A stretch of DNA of 62,087 nucleotides, filler included, from Collodictyon triciliatum (Eukaryota): assembly GCA_043381765.1 (NCBI GenBank). It is 7 parts of 7 records of this genome, joined end to end, with 100 filler letters (N's around TTAATTAATTAA, not from the genome) between each part and the next. Parts side by side here need not be neighbours in the genome. Positions count along the whole stretch, not along the records: positions 1 to 10,087 come from JBHJMP010002797.1; positions 10,188 to 17,850 come from JBHJMP010002799.1; positions 17,951 to 28,044 come from JBHJMP010002800.1; positions 28,145 to 38,220 come from JBHJMP010002801.1; 3 more parts are not named here. One strand, 5' to 3'. The notes beneath the pieces are model-generated. The model saw only the letters and a program-made list of their open reading frames with translations. It was not told the DNA's origin and did not search any database. Positions 1 through 31,834 of the stretch are shown here, one piece after another; within the stretch, counting starts at the first letter, position 1, and the number at the start of each line of letters is the position of its first letter. The position numbers and the translations under genes were made by a program.

Positions 1-72
<72 letters not shown>

Positions 73-130
73 AAAAAAAAAAAAAAAAAAAACAAAAAAA
101 CAAAAAACAAAAAACAAAAAACAAAAATAG

Positions 131-824
131 AGCCTTTCGATGTATGCACGGATCGTCCTGCACCCGAAGTCACACACGAAGCTCAGGAAAGAGCGTTCAA
201 TATGTGGAAACAGTCTAGTCTCCAAAAGAAAAAGTTTGTGTTTCTCTGCATCCAGTCATATTTTCGATGGCTCTATCTTTTTTTCCTCTCTTTTTTTCCT
301 CACCGACGATAACGACCAACCGCAGGAGGACTCTTTTGATCGCACTTGGGATGTTTGTGGCAGGGTTTGGATTGCTGCTTTATAGTTTTGTGCTCTTTGG
401 TGAGCATGACAATACACAAGGCACTTACATCATCGCCGTTGCCCTCCTTTGTGGGCTTCCTGGACGTTTGTGAAAACATTTATACTTTTACTGGTGATAG
501 ATACCACTATACCATACACAGATATATATCTTTATTTGATTTAAATAATAATTAGAGAAGTAAACCAATATGGGTTTTTTCCCCATCCGCGCCGCTTGCC
601 AAACATTTTCATCACAACATCACATATGCTACCTGAATCAAAGAAAATAGAAAGACAGGGGGATAAGCACAGAACAAACAACCATAAATCCACATCATTT
701 ACGAGTACTCCATAATGTAGTTTACCAGGTCTTTGCAACAGTCCGAGAGATCCGAAAAACCATCTATCGAAAAATGCGAGATGGAGACCACATCGAAGAC
801 TTTGAATTCACAAATGAGATCTAA
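131..824 (+). CDS. TMEM230/TMEM134-like small two-TM protein, 5'-partial (3 exons visible)
   Basis: GT-AG splicing joins ...AFNMWKQ / RTLLIALGMFVAGFGLLLYSF...IIAVALLCGLPG / LYQVFATVREI...NEI*. Two hydrophobic helices ending in LPGxY fit this family. Confidence 0.6.
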
Positions 825-1043
825 CAACCCAGCCAGAGTTTGCTTTCATCGCCACTACCTGAATATTTCTTTCAACAATAAAATATTGAGCCGGTTGAAA
901 GTAAGATTCGTCCTTGTGAAATCAGTCGATAAAGATATAGATTTCATCACTTGTTGAGTCCGTTCACTCATTTATCGCGCGCGTGGTCTCCTTGATTATA
1001 TCAATCTATCTCCATCCGCCCCGCCTTTTGGGGATTTGCGACC

Positions 1044-9878
<8,835 letters not shown>

Positions 9879-10017
9879 GTGGGCTTCCTATTTTTCCTTT
9901 ATTTATGAAAGAGACAATAGTGAAGAAAGTGATTCGTAAATTCATGTCTTCAATAGTACACCTATATTCTCACATCTATTTGTCAAATCTTAATCCTTTA
10001 CCTTTTTTTTTCTTCCA

Positions 10018-10074
<57 letters not shown>

Positions 10075-10087
10075 AAAAAAAAAAAAA

Positions 10088-10187
10088 NNNNNNNNNNNNN
10101 NNNNNNNNNNNNNNNNNNNNNNNNNNNNNNNTTAATTAATTAANNNNNNNNNNNNNNNNNNNNNNNNNNNNNNNNNNNNNNNNNNNN
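10088..10187. other. Artificial contig spacer N44-TTAATTAATTAA-N44
   Basis: An identical 100-nt spacer with stops in all frames recurs at 17851-17950, 28045-28144, 38221-38320, 48397-48496 and 59182-59281. Confidence 0.98.
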
Positions 10188-10831
10188 AAACTCTCTTACC
10201 CCCCCCCAACCCCCTAAAAAAAAAAAAAAAAAAAAAAACTGCAAGACGCAGGATGTGAAATCCCACTATGCTTCGCCGCCAAGTCTTCACCGTTTATTAT
10301 TTCTTTCCTCCCGAACTTTCAGCCATTCTCCCTCTCGAGAGCCCTCCCTTCATCATTTTTGAGGCTGTGAATACCCTCCCCATCACCCCGCGATATCAAA
10401 TTAAAAAAAAAAAACACTTGCTTTGACACGCTTTGCTGCGTATACTCACCCGCTGTACCCTTCACCAAGAAAACCCAAAGCCGCATTTGGAATCACGTCT
10501 GGAAGATATAGTAAATGTCAATATGCCGGAAATATCTACTAGGTGTGGAATTTAATTAAATATGCACATTTTGTACTCAAATATCCGTACATATTCAACA
10601 AGTATATATCGAATACGGTATAAATATGCATTCAGTAAAAAACTTATCAACCAACATCTGCATTTATCACCCAGCTGTCTCATCGTCGGATCATGTGCCT
10701 TACGTAGTTGTGCCTCTTTCAAAAGAGAAAGGCAACGCCTGCATAAGCGAAAAGGGAGGCAGGACATATGGGATTAGTAAACGCGCGGCGCCTGAAGTTT
10801 AATCCGCCCATGACTCGTATTCTCTTCTCTT

Positions 10832-10862
10832 TTTTTTTTTCTTCCTTTATTCGATTCTAAGT
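10832..10862 (-). mobile_element. Ultra-short A-tailed insertion, family A
   Basis: Minus strand ACTTAGAATCGAATAAAGGAAGAAAAAAAAA lies between exact 19-bp repeats ACTCGTATTCTCTTCTCTT (10813-10831, 10863-10881). Confidence 0.75.
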
Positions 10863-10960
10863 ACTCGTATTCTCTTCTCTTATTATGACGCTCGCTTACC
10901 ATCATCCTCTTGCAACACAAGGCTTCTCTCTCGGCAAAGAAGAAGAAAAGCAGCAGAGAA

Positions 10961-11164
10961 ATGGCCACGCAAGCCGACGTTGAGCGCGCCGCAACCAATC
11001 TGCGCCGCTCTCGTGCCTTTGAGAACAGCGTTTGGGTATCACTTGCTCACTGTTTTTGACACTCTATCCTTGTTTTCATTGCTTTTCCTATTACTACTCA
11101 CTAATATCTTCTACTTATTCATTGTTTTTAGTATTCATTTTTCATTTTTCATTTTTCATTTTCC

Positions 11165-11196
<32 letters not shown>

Positions 11197-13553
11197 TTCA
11201 TTTTTCATTTTTCATTTTTCATTTTTCATTTTTTTCATTTCTTATTTCTCCCTTCTTCTCATGGATGTAATGGCTTTTCTTTCTTTCTAAACGCATGTAT
11301 TTGAACTCCTTTCCTCTTTTCCAGGTCCACATCAACAGCCTCGTGGCACAATACGGCGCAGTGAACCTCGGCCAAGTATTTCTCGCCAAACTCCAACCGC
11401 ATTCCATTCTCTTCAGCCTATTTTCTTTTCCCTCCACCTCATTCGACTCAACTCTTTCCTTTCAGCGCGCTCAACCCCACTCTTCGCCCCTATATACACA
11501 TTTGCACTCAGCATATATGACTCTTTCGCTTTTGCTAACCTTTCTTGCAGGGATTTCCCGACTTCACCGGCTCGCAACTCGCCAAGGAATCGGCGTCTCA
11601 GGCCATTCTGGACGGTGAGAGGAACCAGTATGCGCCTCCGATTGGCGTCCCTGATTTGCGCCAGGCTTTGGCCCGTTTCTACTCCCCTCGACTCGGGCGC
11701 ACGCTCAATGCCGAGTCGGACATCACTGTCACGGTCGGCGCAACAGAGGCCCTCTATGTCCTGATGTCCAGTCTGCTTGCTGAGGGCGACGAGGTTGTTT
11801 TCCTGCAGCCTTTCTTTGACATCTACTACCCGCCTGTTCAGATTGCCGGGGCCAAGGTAACGCATGGCCCAGCTTGGTATAATCGACTATTGCTGTGTTG
11901 TGAATATGCGATATGCTCATGTGCGGTTTTGCTTAATGCCACCAAAGGCTGGCTGAGAGTTCCTTTTATATATATATACATTTTCTATTATTTTGCATAA
12001 TATACTTTCTTTTTGCGCAAGAATAAAAAAACGAAAAATCATGCTGCTTGATGTTTCGTGTAGCTCAAGGTTGTCACTTTGGAGCCACCGTCCTTCAAGA
12101 TTAATCATGAGGAACTGAAAGCTGCATTCAACGAAAAGACTAAATTGGTACTTTTGATTTTTGGTTGAGCTGGTAGAGTCATTCCATTCTTCAAAACAAT
12201 TGAAGTATCGGAAGTGCAATTCACTATACATAGAAATTGCACATAAGTAAAGGCGTAATCGAAGTTTTATATTCTTGAATACATAGATTCTCATCAACAC
12301 GCCTCACAATCCAACTGGACATGTTCTTGGACTTGACGAACTTACGTGGATTAGGGATTTATGTGTTCAATATAACGCTTTATGTATTTCGGACGAGGTT
12401 TATGAGAATCTGGTTTATGATAACAAGAAACACACGCATATCTCCACTTTACCCGATATGTGGGAAAGAACGCTGACGTAAGAAAGCTGAAATAACAAAC
12501 CCCTCATAGTACGCAAATTCTCACTAACGTATATATAAGACCGTTGAAAAAAATAATACAATTCGTTGAGACATGATCATTGCATTCGTTTTTTCACCCT
12601 TTCATTTATATATCTGTCACCTAGCGTGAGCTCTGCAGGAAAGTCATTCTCTCTGACTGGATGGAAGGTTCTCTTGAATTTTCTTCTGACTCCATTTTCA
12701 CATTGTCAATGCACTAGTATTTACGTACAAGTGTACATGTGAATCTGCTTATCGGTGGGATACTGACAACCACTTTCAATGCACATTTGCGTAGGTTGGA
12801 TGGGTTATCGCCCCACCTTCTCTCCAGATTTACATCCGACCATTGAAGCAGTTTGTGACGTTTTCGGGCGCCACTCCCCTTCAAGTTGGTATCGCTAAAG
12901 CGCTGGATTTGTCTCCGCCAGAGTACTTCGAGGAGTTGAGACAGGACTATCAAAAGAAGCGCGATTTCCTAATGGGTGTTCTGGAGGAAGTGGGCTTACC
13001 ACCTTATTGTCCAGACGGAGGTTACTTTGTTATGGCTGATATTCGTGGCACCGGCTTCACAGATGACTTTGCCTTCTGTGAACATCTCATTAAGGTTACA
13101 CTTGATTCATCAAATATTATACATCCCTCTTTTTTTTTTTAAGCTTCTTCCTTGGATGCGTTCTACCTCTGTCAATAAGACTAATTCAATGTTCATTGAA
13201 TCGAATAAGGGAAAAAAATTAATTCAATCTTCATTCACACTCCTTTTGTTTATATATGCATAAATTTATTATTTTTTTTACAGCTTTTCTGAATCTCAAG
13301 GAGACAACAGAGTATATGCATATGCATATAAGTTAATTTATTAGAACTCTGATTTAGTCATTTCTTTCATGAATACGTAATTGTGCAGGAAGTTGGTGTT
13401 GCTGCCATCCCACCCTCCCCTTTTTACTTGGATGAGGATAAGTCGAAGGCCTCGACCATGGTGCGCTTTGCTATCTGCAAGAAATGGGAGACCCTCCACG
13501 CGGCTGCTGAGCGACTCAGAAAGAAGCCTTTCAAGAAATCTGAGACAAATTAA
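10961..13553 (+). CDS. PLP-dependent class I aminotransferase, kynurenine aminotransferase / glutamine transaminase K (YbdL-like), 8 exons
   Basis: Motifs AVNLGQGFPD, NQYAPPIG, VTVGATEAL, NTPHNPTG, SDEVYE, PLP-lysine motif SAGKSFSLTGWKVGW, GVAAIPPSPFY and VRFAICKK. All introns are GT-AG. Confidence 0.93.
11135..11240. repeat. (TTTTCA/TTTTTCA)n intronic repeat
   Basis: Direct tandem run. Confidence 0.9.
13198..13219 (+). mobile_element. Ultra-short A-tailed insertion, family A
   Basis: GAATCGAATAAGGGAAAAAAAT lies between TAATTCAATGTTCATT (13182-13197) and TAATTCAATCTTCATT (13220-13235), which differ by one mismatch. Confidence 0.7.
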
Positions 13554-13753
13554 GTCACGTCCAGCAAAATATGAAATAAAATGAAATAAAATAATGATTC
13601 ATAGGCGTAGAACTGTAAAAATAACGGCCCCTCACAATAAAAGAAGTTACTTGTCTTGCCTTTTCACTCATTCATTCATTCATTCTCCTTCCAATTTCAT
13701 CTTCGCTTTGTTTTCTCTTCAAAGAATTTTGTGGAGTATATTTATGGTACCAT

Positions 13754-15691
<1,938 letters not shown>

Positions 15692-16257
15692 CGAATAGGG
15701 GAAGACAATTCTATTTCTGACCAGATGGAAAGTTGCTCACAGACAGAGCTGTATTAAATACTCTATTTTATGTGAACGTCAATGAGAGAAAATTAATTAT
15801 TATTTTTTTTTTGTAAAAACAGAAGAAACGAAAACGAAAAGAAGATATATCAGTTAATTTTTTTTAAAATTACTGGCGAGGTTGCGCTATGTTGGATAAA
15901 AAGAAGGATATAAAGTCAGAAATTGGAACGTTATTGTTAATTTCTCCATTTAAACCGATGACATACTACTGAGTGAATTTCAACTCTGTGATTAGAGGAA
16001 AGTGAAAGTGAAAGTGAAAGTGAAAGTGTAAGTACTGCTCATACTTTGATGTTCGTAATTGTTGGTCTCAGCGTGCTTTTCTCTTGTATAAGAAATAAAA
16101 CATATATACACATAAGTTTGTTGTAAAATGTCGTGGCGTAAGGTAAGGCCACGATTGTTAGACATCAGCAGTTATGTCACTGATTTTGTATAAACTACTG
16201 AGGGAAAACAGCCACGTAGTTTATTTCCTGAATTTTAGGTATTTTGGATTTTTCACC

Positions 16258-17600
16258 CTAGTAGTCATCATCCTCGGCTCTACGCTGGAACTAAGATCAA
16301 ATAACATGAAATTGATACAATCACAAACTGATTAAGGGAAATGAATCTGACATTCATGCAATCTTTATAATACACTTTTCACAAATGCAGATTCCTTCGT
16401 CAAGAGAGATAGATTCGATAAACCATGTCATGCTTTACCTTGATTTTTGTGCTTGTCTGGGCACTTTGTTGGTTGACTTGTTCAAGAAGCTGCTTCAGCT
16501 GTTCATCAGTGACACGACCTGGCAGCCTTCCACTGCGGGCAGAGTTGATGAGGACATCCTCGACTTGGCGGGCTTTCTCAGGTTTCACAAGGGCGATGCG
16601 GGCCACTGATACAAACGGACACATAAATAGAAAGCACTATTCGAACAATTCTCAAATGAAAAAAACCGTTTATTTTTAAATCATATAGAAAATCATGATA
16701 TAATGACATTCTAGAATATACACGTCCATCGGAAATTATATTTGTCTATTACATCGTTCACGGGCATCCGATTCCATGATTTGGGTCAGGATTGCACGAC
16801 GTTGTTCCTCAACCTCTCTTGTGTAATAAAAACAATTACATAATCAATATTCCCATATCATATTATGTGGTGTGATAATAAAAAAATGAAATCTACATAA
16901 CGAAATATGGATAGCTATTATATTATCCACCTTTCTTCCATTCAATGCGGAGTGAATATCGAATATTTACCCAAAAATAATAGAGCGCATTTCAAATCAG
17001 GTCGAATATTTTGTGTGTATCGAGACTTGCCTCTTCTTTTCAGCCTCTTGTTGCGCCATCTCTGGATTCATGTTGAAGCCACCAGCACCTCCACGACCCT
17101 ATAACATCAAACTCATCAATTATAGACACAACCATGCTTAATACCATCAAAGCAATAAGACAGTGCGGACATATGATAATGCGGATGAAGAGTGTCCGTA
17201 TAGTTTTTTTTTTGAAACTTTTCTCCCTTAATCTTGATTTTGCTGGGGTTTCAATCTTAAGCAAAGGATAAGGTTAAGTCATCAACAGCGACAGATGTAC
17301 ATGATGCCTACTTACAGCTTTTGCCTGCATCTCGGCTAAGCGACGGGCGCGAATGGCTTCCAACTCAGCATCATCCGACTTTTTTTTTTTGGTTTTGGTA
17401 ATTAGTGTGTTTGAAAGAAGTCGTGCGTCTCAACTCAATTTCGCAATATCGTACATGATTACACGTTCTCTTGTTAAAGAGTTATGTTTTATAAGGCTCC
17501 TTTGGCTGCTTTCTTTTTCTTTTTGCTATGTATTGAAATTAGTTTTTTTTTTTCTTTGGCTGTATATTTTATTTTATTCATTGAGAGACAGAGTTACCAT
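16258..17600 (-). CDS. PDCD5: Programmed cell death protein 5 (dsDNA-binding), 6 exons
   Basis: M/SDDAELEAIRARRLAEMQAKA/...QQEAEKKR/EVEEQRRAILTQIMESDARERL/ARIALVKPEKARQVEDVLI...VTDEQLKQLLEQV/FQRRAEDDDY*. Confidence 0.93.
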
Positions 17601-17756
17601 ATTTGCAGTCTTTCTCTTTGGGCCTTATGGCTCGCGAGTCTGTTTTTTTTCTTTCGGAAAAGAGAACATGAGTAAGTGCGCCCGGGTGCCAAAGGAGTCG
17701 ATCGTCAAACCCCAAAGAAAGGTGGAGGTGCGAACGCAAAAATAAGTAAATAAAAA

Positions 17757-17850
17757 AAAAAGAAAAGAAAAGAAAAGAAAAGAAAAGAAAAGAAAAGAAA
17801 AGAAAAGAAAAGAAAAGAAAAGAAAAGAAAAGAAAAGAAAAGAAAAGAAA
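17757..17850. repeat. (AAAAG)n at contig end
   Basis: Direct tandem run. Confidence 0.95.
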
Positions 17851-18054
17851 NNNNNNNNNNNNNNNNNNNNNNNNNNNNNNNNNNNNNNNNNNNNTTAATT
17901 AATTAANNNNNNNNNNNNNNNNNNNNNNNNNNNNNNNNNNNNNNNNNNNNTCTCTTTTTTCTCTTTTTTCTCTTTTTTCTCTTTTTTCTCTTTTTTCTCT
18001 TTTTTCTCTTTTTTCTCTTTTTCTTTTTTTTTTATACTAACCGCCACAACACAG

Positions 18055-18217
18055 CACACTGACGCCCGTTCACAATACCATGATATGATGGATAAAGGCT
18101 CTATTTCAACACTGAGGAAGACAGCAAAGTAAGTATGTAAGAGCAACAAACGCTTATCTTACTTTCTTATCCCTCCTCGTCTTTTAACATACTCTATCCC
18201 TCATCCACCGCAGTTGA
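18055..18217 (+). CDS. 3' end of an unidentified gene (last two exons)
   Basis: TACTAAC branch site and CAG acceptor, then the exon HTDARSQYHDMMDKGSISTLRKTA, a GTAAGT donor and CAG|TTGA stop. Confidence 0.4.
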
Positions 18218-18953
18218 TTTTTCTTTCTTCTTTTTACCCGCTTGTTGTGTGCTGTCTGCGTTCCCCTTCATCTTATCTTTGTGACAAAGTGATGAGCGAT
18301 AAAAAAATAAAATAATCCACAACAATCCCCCAGTCGAGCTGACACTATTATGTCTTTATTCCATTCTTTGGCCTGAAATATTTGTAAGTATCTGATATGT
18401 TTTGAGGATGTGTCGCTTATTCCGCTCGGCCAAACTTTTTGCATGTGACTTTCTCCTGCTGTTCAGAATCCAACTTCGGGGTTCGTTTGGCAACCACTTC
18501 GATACAAAGTACAGATAGGGTTCTTTTAACCTAAAATATTGACTCAAAAATAGTGTGACCTGATGGGTGAATAAAACCATTGAAATATAAATGAGGTATT
18601 CAACCACCAAAAGAAAAAAAAAGTAATTTAGAATACTCTAACAAATGAAGCAACTGAAAACGAACGAAGTGATTGCGCATCGATATATAAAGGACGGGAG
18701 AATGAAATCAAGTCATCATTTTAGATTGCGCAGAATGATGTCTTTCTATCAAGAACTATCGAAGAGTTTATGCGCACAACAACCACGATAGTGAGCTGAG
18801 AAATTATAAAGTAGATTAGATGCAACTAAAGCAGGTATTATAACCGCGGGTCGGTGAGAGCAGGATGAGTGGGAAAACGGGAAAGAGAAAAGAAAAAATC
18901 GAAACTGAAGCACTTTGTTCACATCTGATGAAAAAAGAACAATGACGCATCGA

Positions 18954-27893
<8,940 letters not shown>

Positions 27894-27940
27894 CTGATAG
27901 AATTTTATTGGTTTGATTAGGTTTCCTTTCTATTTATATT

Positions 27941-28044
27941 TCTTTTATTTTGTATCTTTTATTTTGTATCTTTTATTTTGTATCTTTTATTTTGTATCTT
28001 TTATTTTGTATCTTTTATTTTGTATCTTTTATTTTGTATCTTTT
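27941..28044. repeat. 14-nt minisatellite (TCTTTTATTTTGTA)n at contig end
   Basis: About 7 direct copies. Confidence 0.92.
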
Positions 28045-28144
28045 NNNNNNNNNNNNNNNNNNNNNNNNNNNNNNNNNNNNNNNNNNNNTTAATTAATTAA
28101 NNNNNNNNNNNNNNNNNNNNNNNNNNNNNNNNNNNNNNNNNNNN

Positions 28145-28279
28145 ACAACTGGAATTCATCCCACCTGGACGTTCTCTTTATATCCAGTCAAATCACAGTT
28201 TCCTTTGTCGAAATATTTGGGAGTCAATGGGGATCGTTTGAACTCGAAAAAAAGCCGAAACGGCGTCTCTTTGGTTTGA

Positions 28280-28375
<96 letters not shown>

Positions 28376-30325
28376 TAGCTCTTGCACATGAAAACATTAT
28401 CACATATTTTTTTAAGTTCGTGGGGGTTTTAATTTTCATCTTGACTTCCAACACCACGACGTTTACTCATGCAGGAGGAGAACGTACTGTTGTTATAACA
28501 GGCGCCTCAAGGTTTTCAATATTATCACTTATCTTAGACTTTTGTTATATATAATCCCATGGGCTGAATGAGCTTAAATTCTCGTGGTGAATACTTTTCA
28601 GCTCAACTTCAAAAATGTTGTGGTTAGTCTAGTTCTCTAAAATATTTATGCGACAGCTCTCTTGGTGCGAGTTTAGCGAGAATATTTGCTCGCAAAGGAT
28701 ACCGCGTCGTTCTCCTTGCACGTACAAAATCTGCAATTGATAGTATTGCGACTGAAATAACGGCGGTTGGAGGCTTAGCCAGAGCATATGCGGTGGATTT
28801 GTCAGACTCATCTGCTGTAAGCACCATTTCCAATCGGTAAGACTTTATTGTCGTCTGCATTTAGAGACACTCATTCAAAACAGAAAGAGTAAAAGTTTCT
28901 TTTCATTTGCACCATATCGATAGATGAATAATTGACATTATTGATGTAAGAAAAACAACATTTTCTCATAGAATCTTGGTAGAATTCGGTATCCCTGATG
29001 TGCTCATTAATGGGACTGCGGCTAAAGTAGTCAAAACAGTTGAAGATACGTCGCCACTCGAGGTTGTATCGACCATGTCGGTTCCTTGTATCCTCCAGAA
29101 CACTTTTTTATAGTTTTTTAAAATTGAAAAGAATCTTTTTATTTATCCATTTCTATGTCAATGGTAAATGGGGAACAAGAACTTCGACATTAGCATGGTG
29201 TTTTATAAATTCCATAACCACGGTTCAGACTTTAGTGCATTCTACATAACCCACTGCTTTCTCCCATGCATGATTGAACGTGGTTATGGATGCATAATCA
29301 ACATAAGCAATCTCGCTAGTTATATTCCATGCCCAGACGCGGCTGCATACAGTTAACCATGCTTTTTATTTATTTTCTTTGGCACTGATTAGACTGGCAT
29401 GGTTTCTATTTCTAATATGATTCGCAAATGCTTTTTTAAAATTCTACCGTTGAAAACTTTGTAGCATATGTAGTGCATTTTTCAATATTTATTTTATTTA
29501 TTACAGGTTGCGCACATTTTGCCATGCGTAATTTTCATACGATTCTCAGTCTTCATACACAAAGTACAGATATCTTAGTGACTGAAGTGCTAATTGGAAA
29601 GTTACGACATGTAAAGGTATTGTTCCATTTTTTTTCCCACTTAAATATCTTGAAAAGACAATTTTTACAAATGCTTTACTATGAACTTTGAAGTAAATTT
29701 GCTTAATATTTCCAAGTATTTACAGCCCCTTATTGAAATCCTTATCTTAGAAAAATGGAATAGACGAGTATCTTCCCAAACTCTTCAAGAATCTACCATC
29801 AATATCCCCTGTTAGTGCAATAAAGACAAATATGAGATGTTCCCGTTTCAATCAATAATTTTTTTCTTCAACTTCCACTTTTTCAAATTTAGGAGGAGGC
29901 TGCTCGTAGTATATTTGGTGGTTTAGTTCAAGGAGAAGAACGAATTATCCTGCCATACTGGCGCTTGTCTTTCATTCTCTTTCTGAATAGACTATTTCCT
30001 TCTCTTGTTCAGTCGTTCTACAACGTGCCTCGCCCAACAATCCATGAAGGTTTTTTTCTTTTTCTTTTTCTTTTTCTTTTTCTTTTTCATTTCTTTTTGA
30101 AATTTTCCTTTATTTTTTCCTTCATATTGTTTGTCTTCATTTCTCTACGACCTGGTTCTGTATGTCTGTGAATAATCGGTAAGCCCTAAGTTAAAATATC
30201 ACTCAAATGATGCGACTGACGCAGGGTACGATTCATCACTGCCGAGCCCAATAATCCATGACCCGCGCTCCTCTACACAAAGAATTCGGAGTCCGACTGC
30301 TTACTTCGCCCCCTCTATCAATTAG
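28145..30325 (+). CDS. Short-chain dehydrogenase/reductase (atypical active site); 5' end uncertain
   Basis: Motifs TVVITGASSSLG..LARIFARKGYRVVLLART, AYAVDLSD, PDVLING, MSVPYFSAFYITHCFLPCMIERGYGCIINIS, AAYSCAHFA and ISPEEAARSI, ending ...APSIN*. Confidence 0.88.
28280..28375. repeat. (TTA)n microsatellite
   Basis: Direct run. Confidence 0.95.
29088..29228 (+). other. U12-type (minor spliceosome) GT-AG intron
   Basis: Donor GTATCCT, branch site TTCCATAAC (29210-29218) 10 nt before the CAG end, and no pyrimidine tract. Removal restores VP-Y-FSAF in frame. Confidence 0.7.
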
Positions 30326-31150
30326 TTTATCCCATCGATACTGTGTCATGTACAATTACACTAAAATAAAGATATGATTAAGAAAAAATAATCAGGCGTG
30401 TAATTTTCTCCAGTCTATTTTTTTTTGAAGAAAATAAGCTTTCTAGCTTTTTTCCCATGCTATTTACTTATTCTCACAGCACGTAATGATAGAGCTGCAA
30501 ATATAACAAAAAAAAAGTGGATTATGAGAGTTTTTACTGTTGGTATGGCAAACAAAATTTTATCGGTATTGGTGTTAAAATCGTAATATTTCACTTTTAA
30601 TTTTTCATTTGTCCTATTTACACAATCTTTTTAAATAAAACAGTGATATTTAGGTTTGTTTGTGGGATATCGTGGAAACATCATCAAAAAGCCAAAATAT
30701 CCTTCAATCTTCCTTTTGATTATCTCTCATATGTTTTGTCTTCACAGAGTCATTGCTGTCATAACATTTAAGGTTGTCAATAGCAAGCCAGTAATAAATT
30801 GGCATGTATATTTTTACATAACCCAACAGAATGAGATCGCTCTCCAAAAAATTTCTACGGTTAAGTCCTGGTAGAATGAAATGATTGGGCACCAGATGCC
30901 TGGGGTGGAGGAGCCATGCTACTTCATCAAAGAGAATTCAGGTCTATCGAAGACACAGTTGTTGAAACACCAGATTAGAAAGGAGCTGAGTCAGTGCTGA
31001 GATAGTTGACTAATGAATGCTTCCTTGAAAGCGCGTTGAGATGACCATTTATTTTGAACGTTCCAGAGGATTGAAGAGCGCCATCAAGTTCGCGTGATGA
31101 CGATGTGGGAAAAAAGAGAAGAAAAAAAAAAAAGAAGAGATTTCAGCGAG

Positions 31151-31180
31151 ACTTCGAATCGAATAAGGGGGGAAAAAATA
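31151..31180 (+). mobile_element. Family A short element, older copy (TSD not clearly recognisable)
   Basis: ACTTCGAATCGAATAAGGGGGGAAAAAATA matches the family core. Confidence 0.45.
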
Positions 31181-31834
31181 TTTGAGCAAAAGGGAAACTG
31201 AAGGCGTGCTTCTGAACAGAGGTTTGAGCCCTATGAAAAATACCTCGGCAACGCCCTTACAAAAGAACGAAAGAACAAGATAGAGATTGACAAAGACATC
31301 TAACTAACGCAATCGGGCAGTGACAGCATAGCTAAAGCCATCTTTGCCCCAAAACGAATCCCAAGAATACGGCTGGAGTATAGAAATCAAAAGAAACCAG
31401 GCGAAACCACACCAGTCGCCGCACAACAGTTTTGGCATCCCGAAGCCCCCTTTTTGATCAAAACATTGCCGGATTGGGTGCATTAGATGAAAAATCCAAA
31501 GAAATAAGCCAAAAATATTATTTCTATTTGCGGAATAGTTGAGACCAAAACTCAAAGCCAGATATTCCTATTCTGGAAAAATCATGTTTTGAATTTTGAA
31601 AACTGCAAACAAACAGACAATCACGAGCCACATCGCCGATCCTCGCCCTGAATCTGCTGAGGCGGTAACTCCCGTGGTCGCCAACAAAGATGATCGCAGA
31701 GGCAAAAAAACACACCCATTGTATGCTGCTCATAAGGGCAACAGTTTGCGAAGCCGTAGACGCTATCCGGTCTGTTTATACTGACTGCCGCAAGGACGCA
31801 AGTAGTTGAAACCCACACCGGGAGGCCAAGAAAT

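Noticed and set aside
10132-10143. Recurring palindrome TTAATTAATTAA
   Set aside because: It is always centred in exactly 44+44 Ns, so it is an assembly concatenation linker. Gene neighbourhoods across it are meaningless.
10240-10767. Possible small spliced gene divergent from the aminotransferase (MSCLPFRLCRR...)
   Set aside because: Splice sites are plausible, but the third exon closes early and nothing is recognisable.
30880-31760. Moderately GC-rich blocks between the SDR gene and BUB3
   Set aside because: They may be exons of a minus-strand gene, but I could not build a consistent model.
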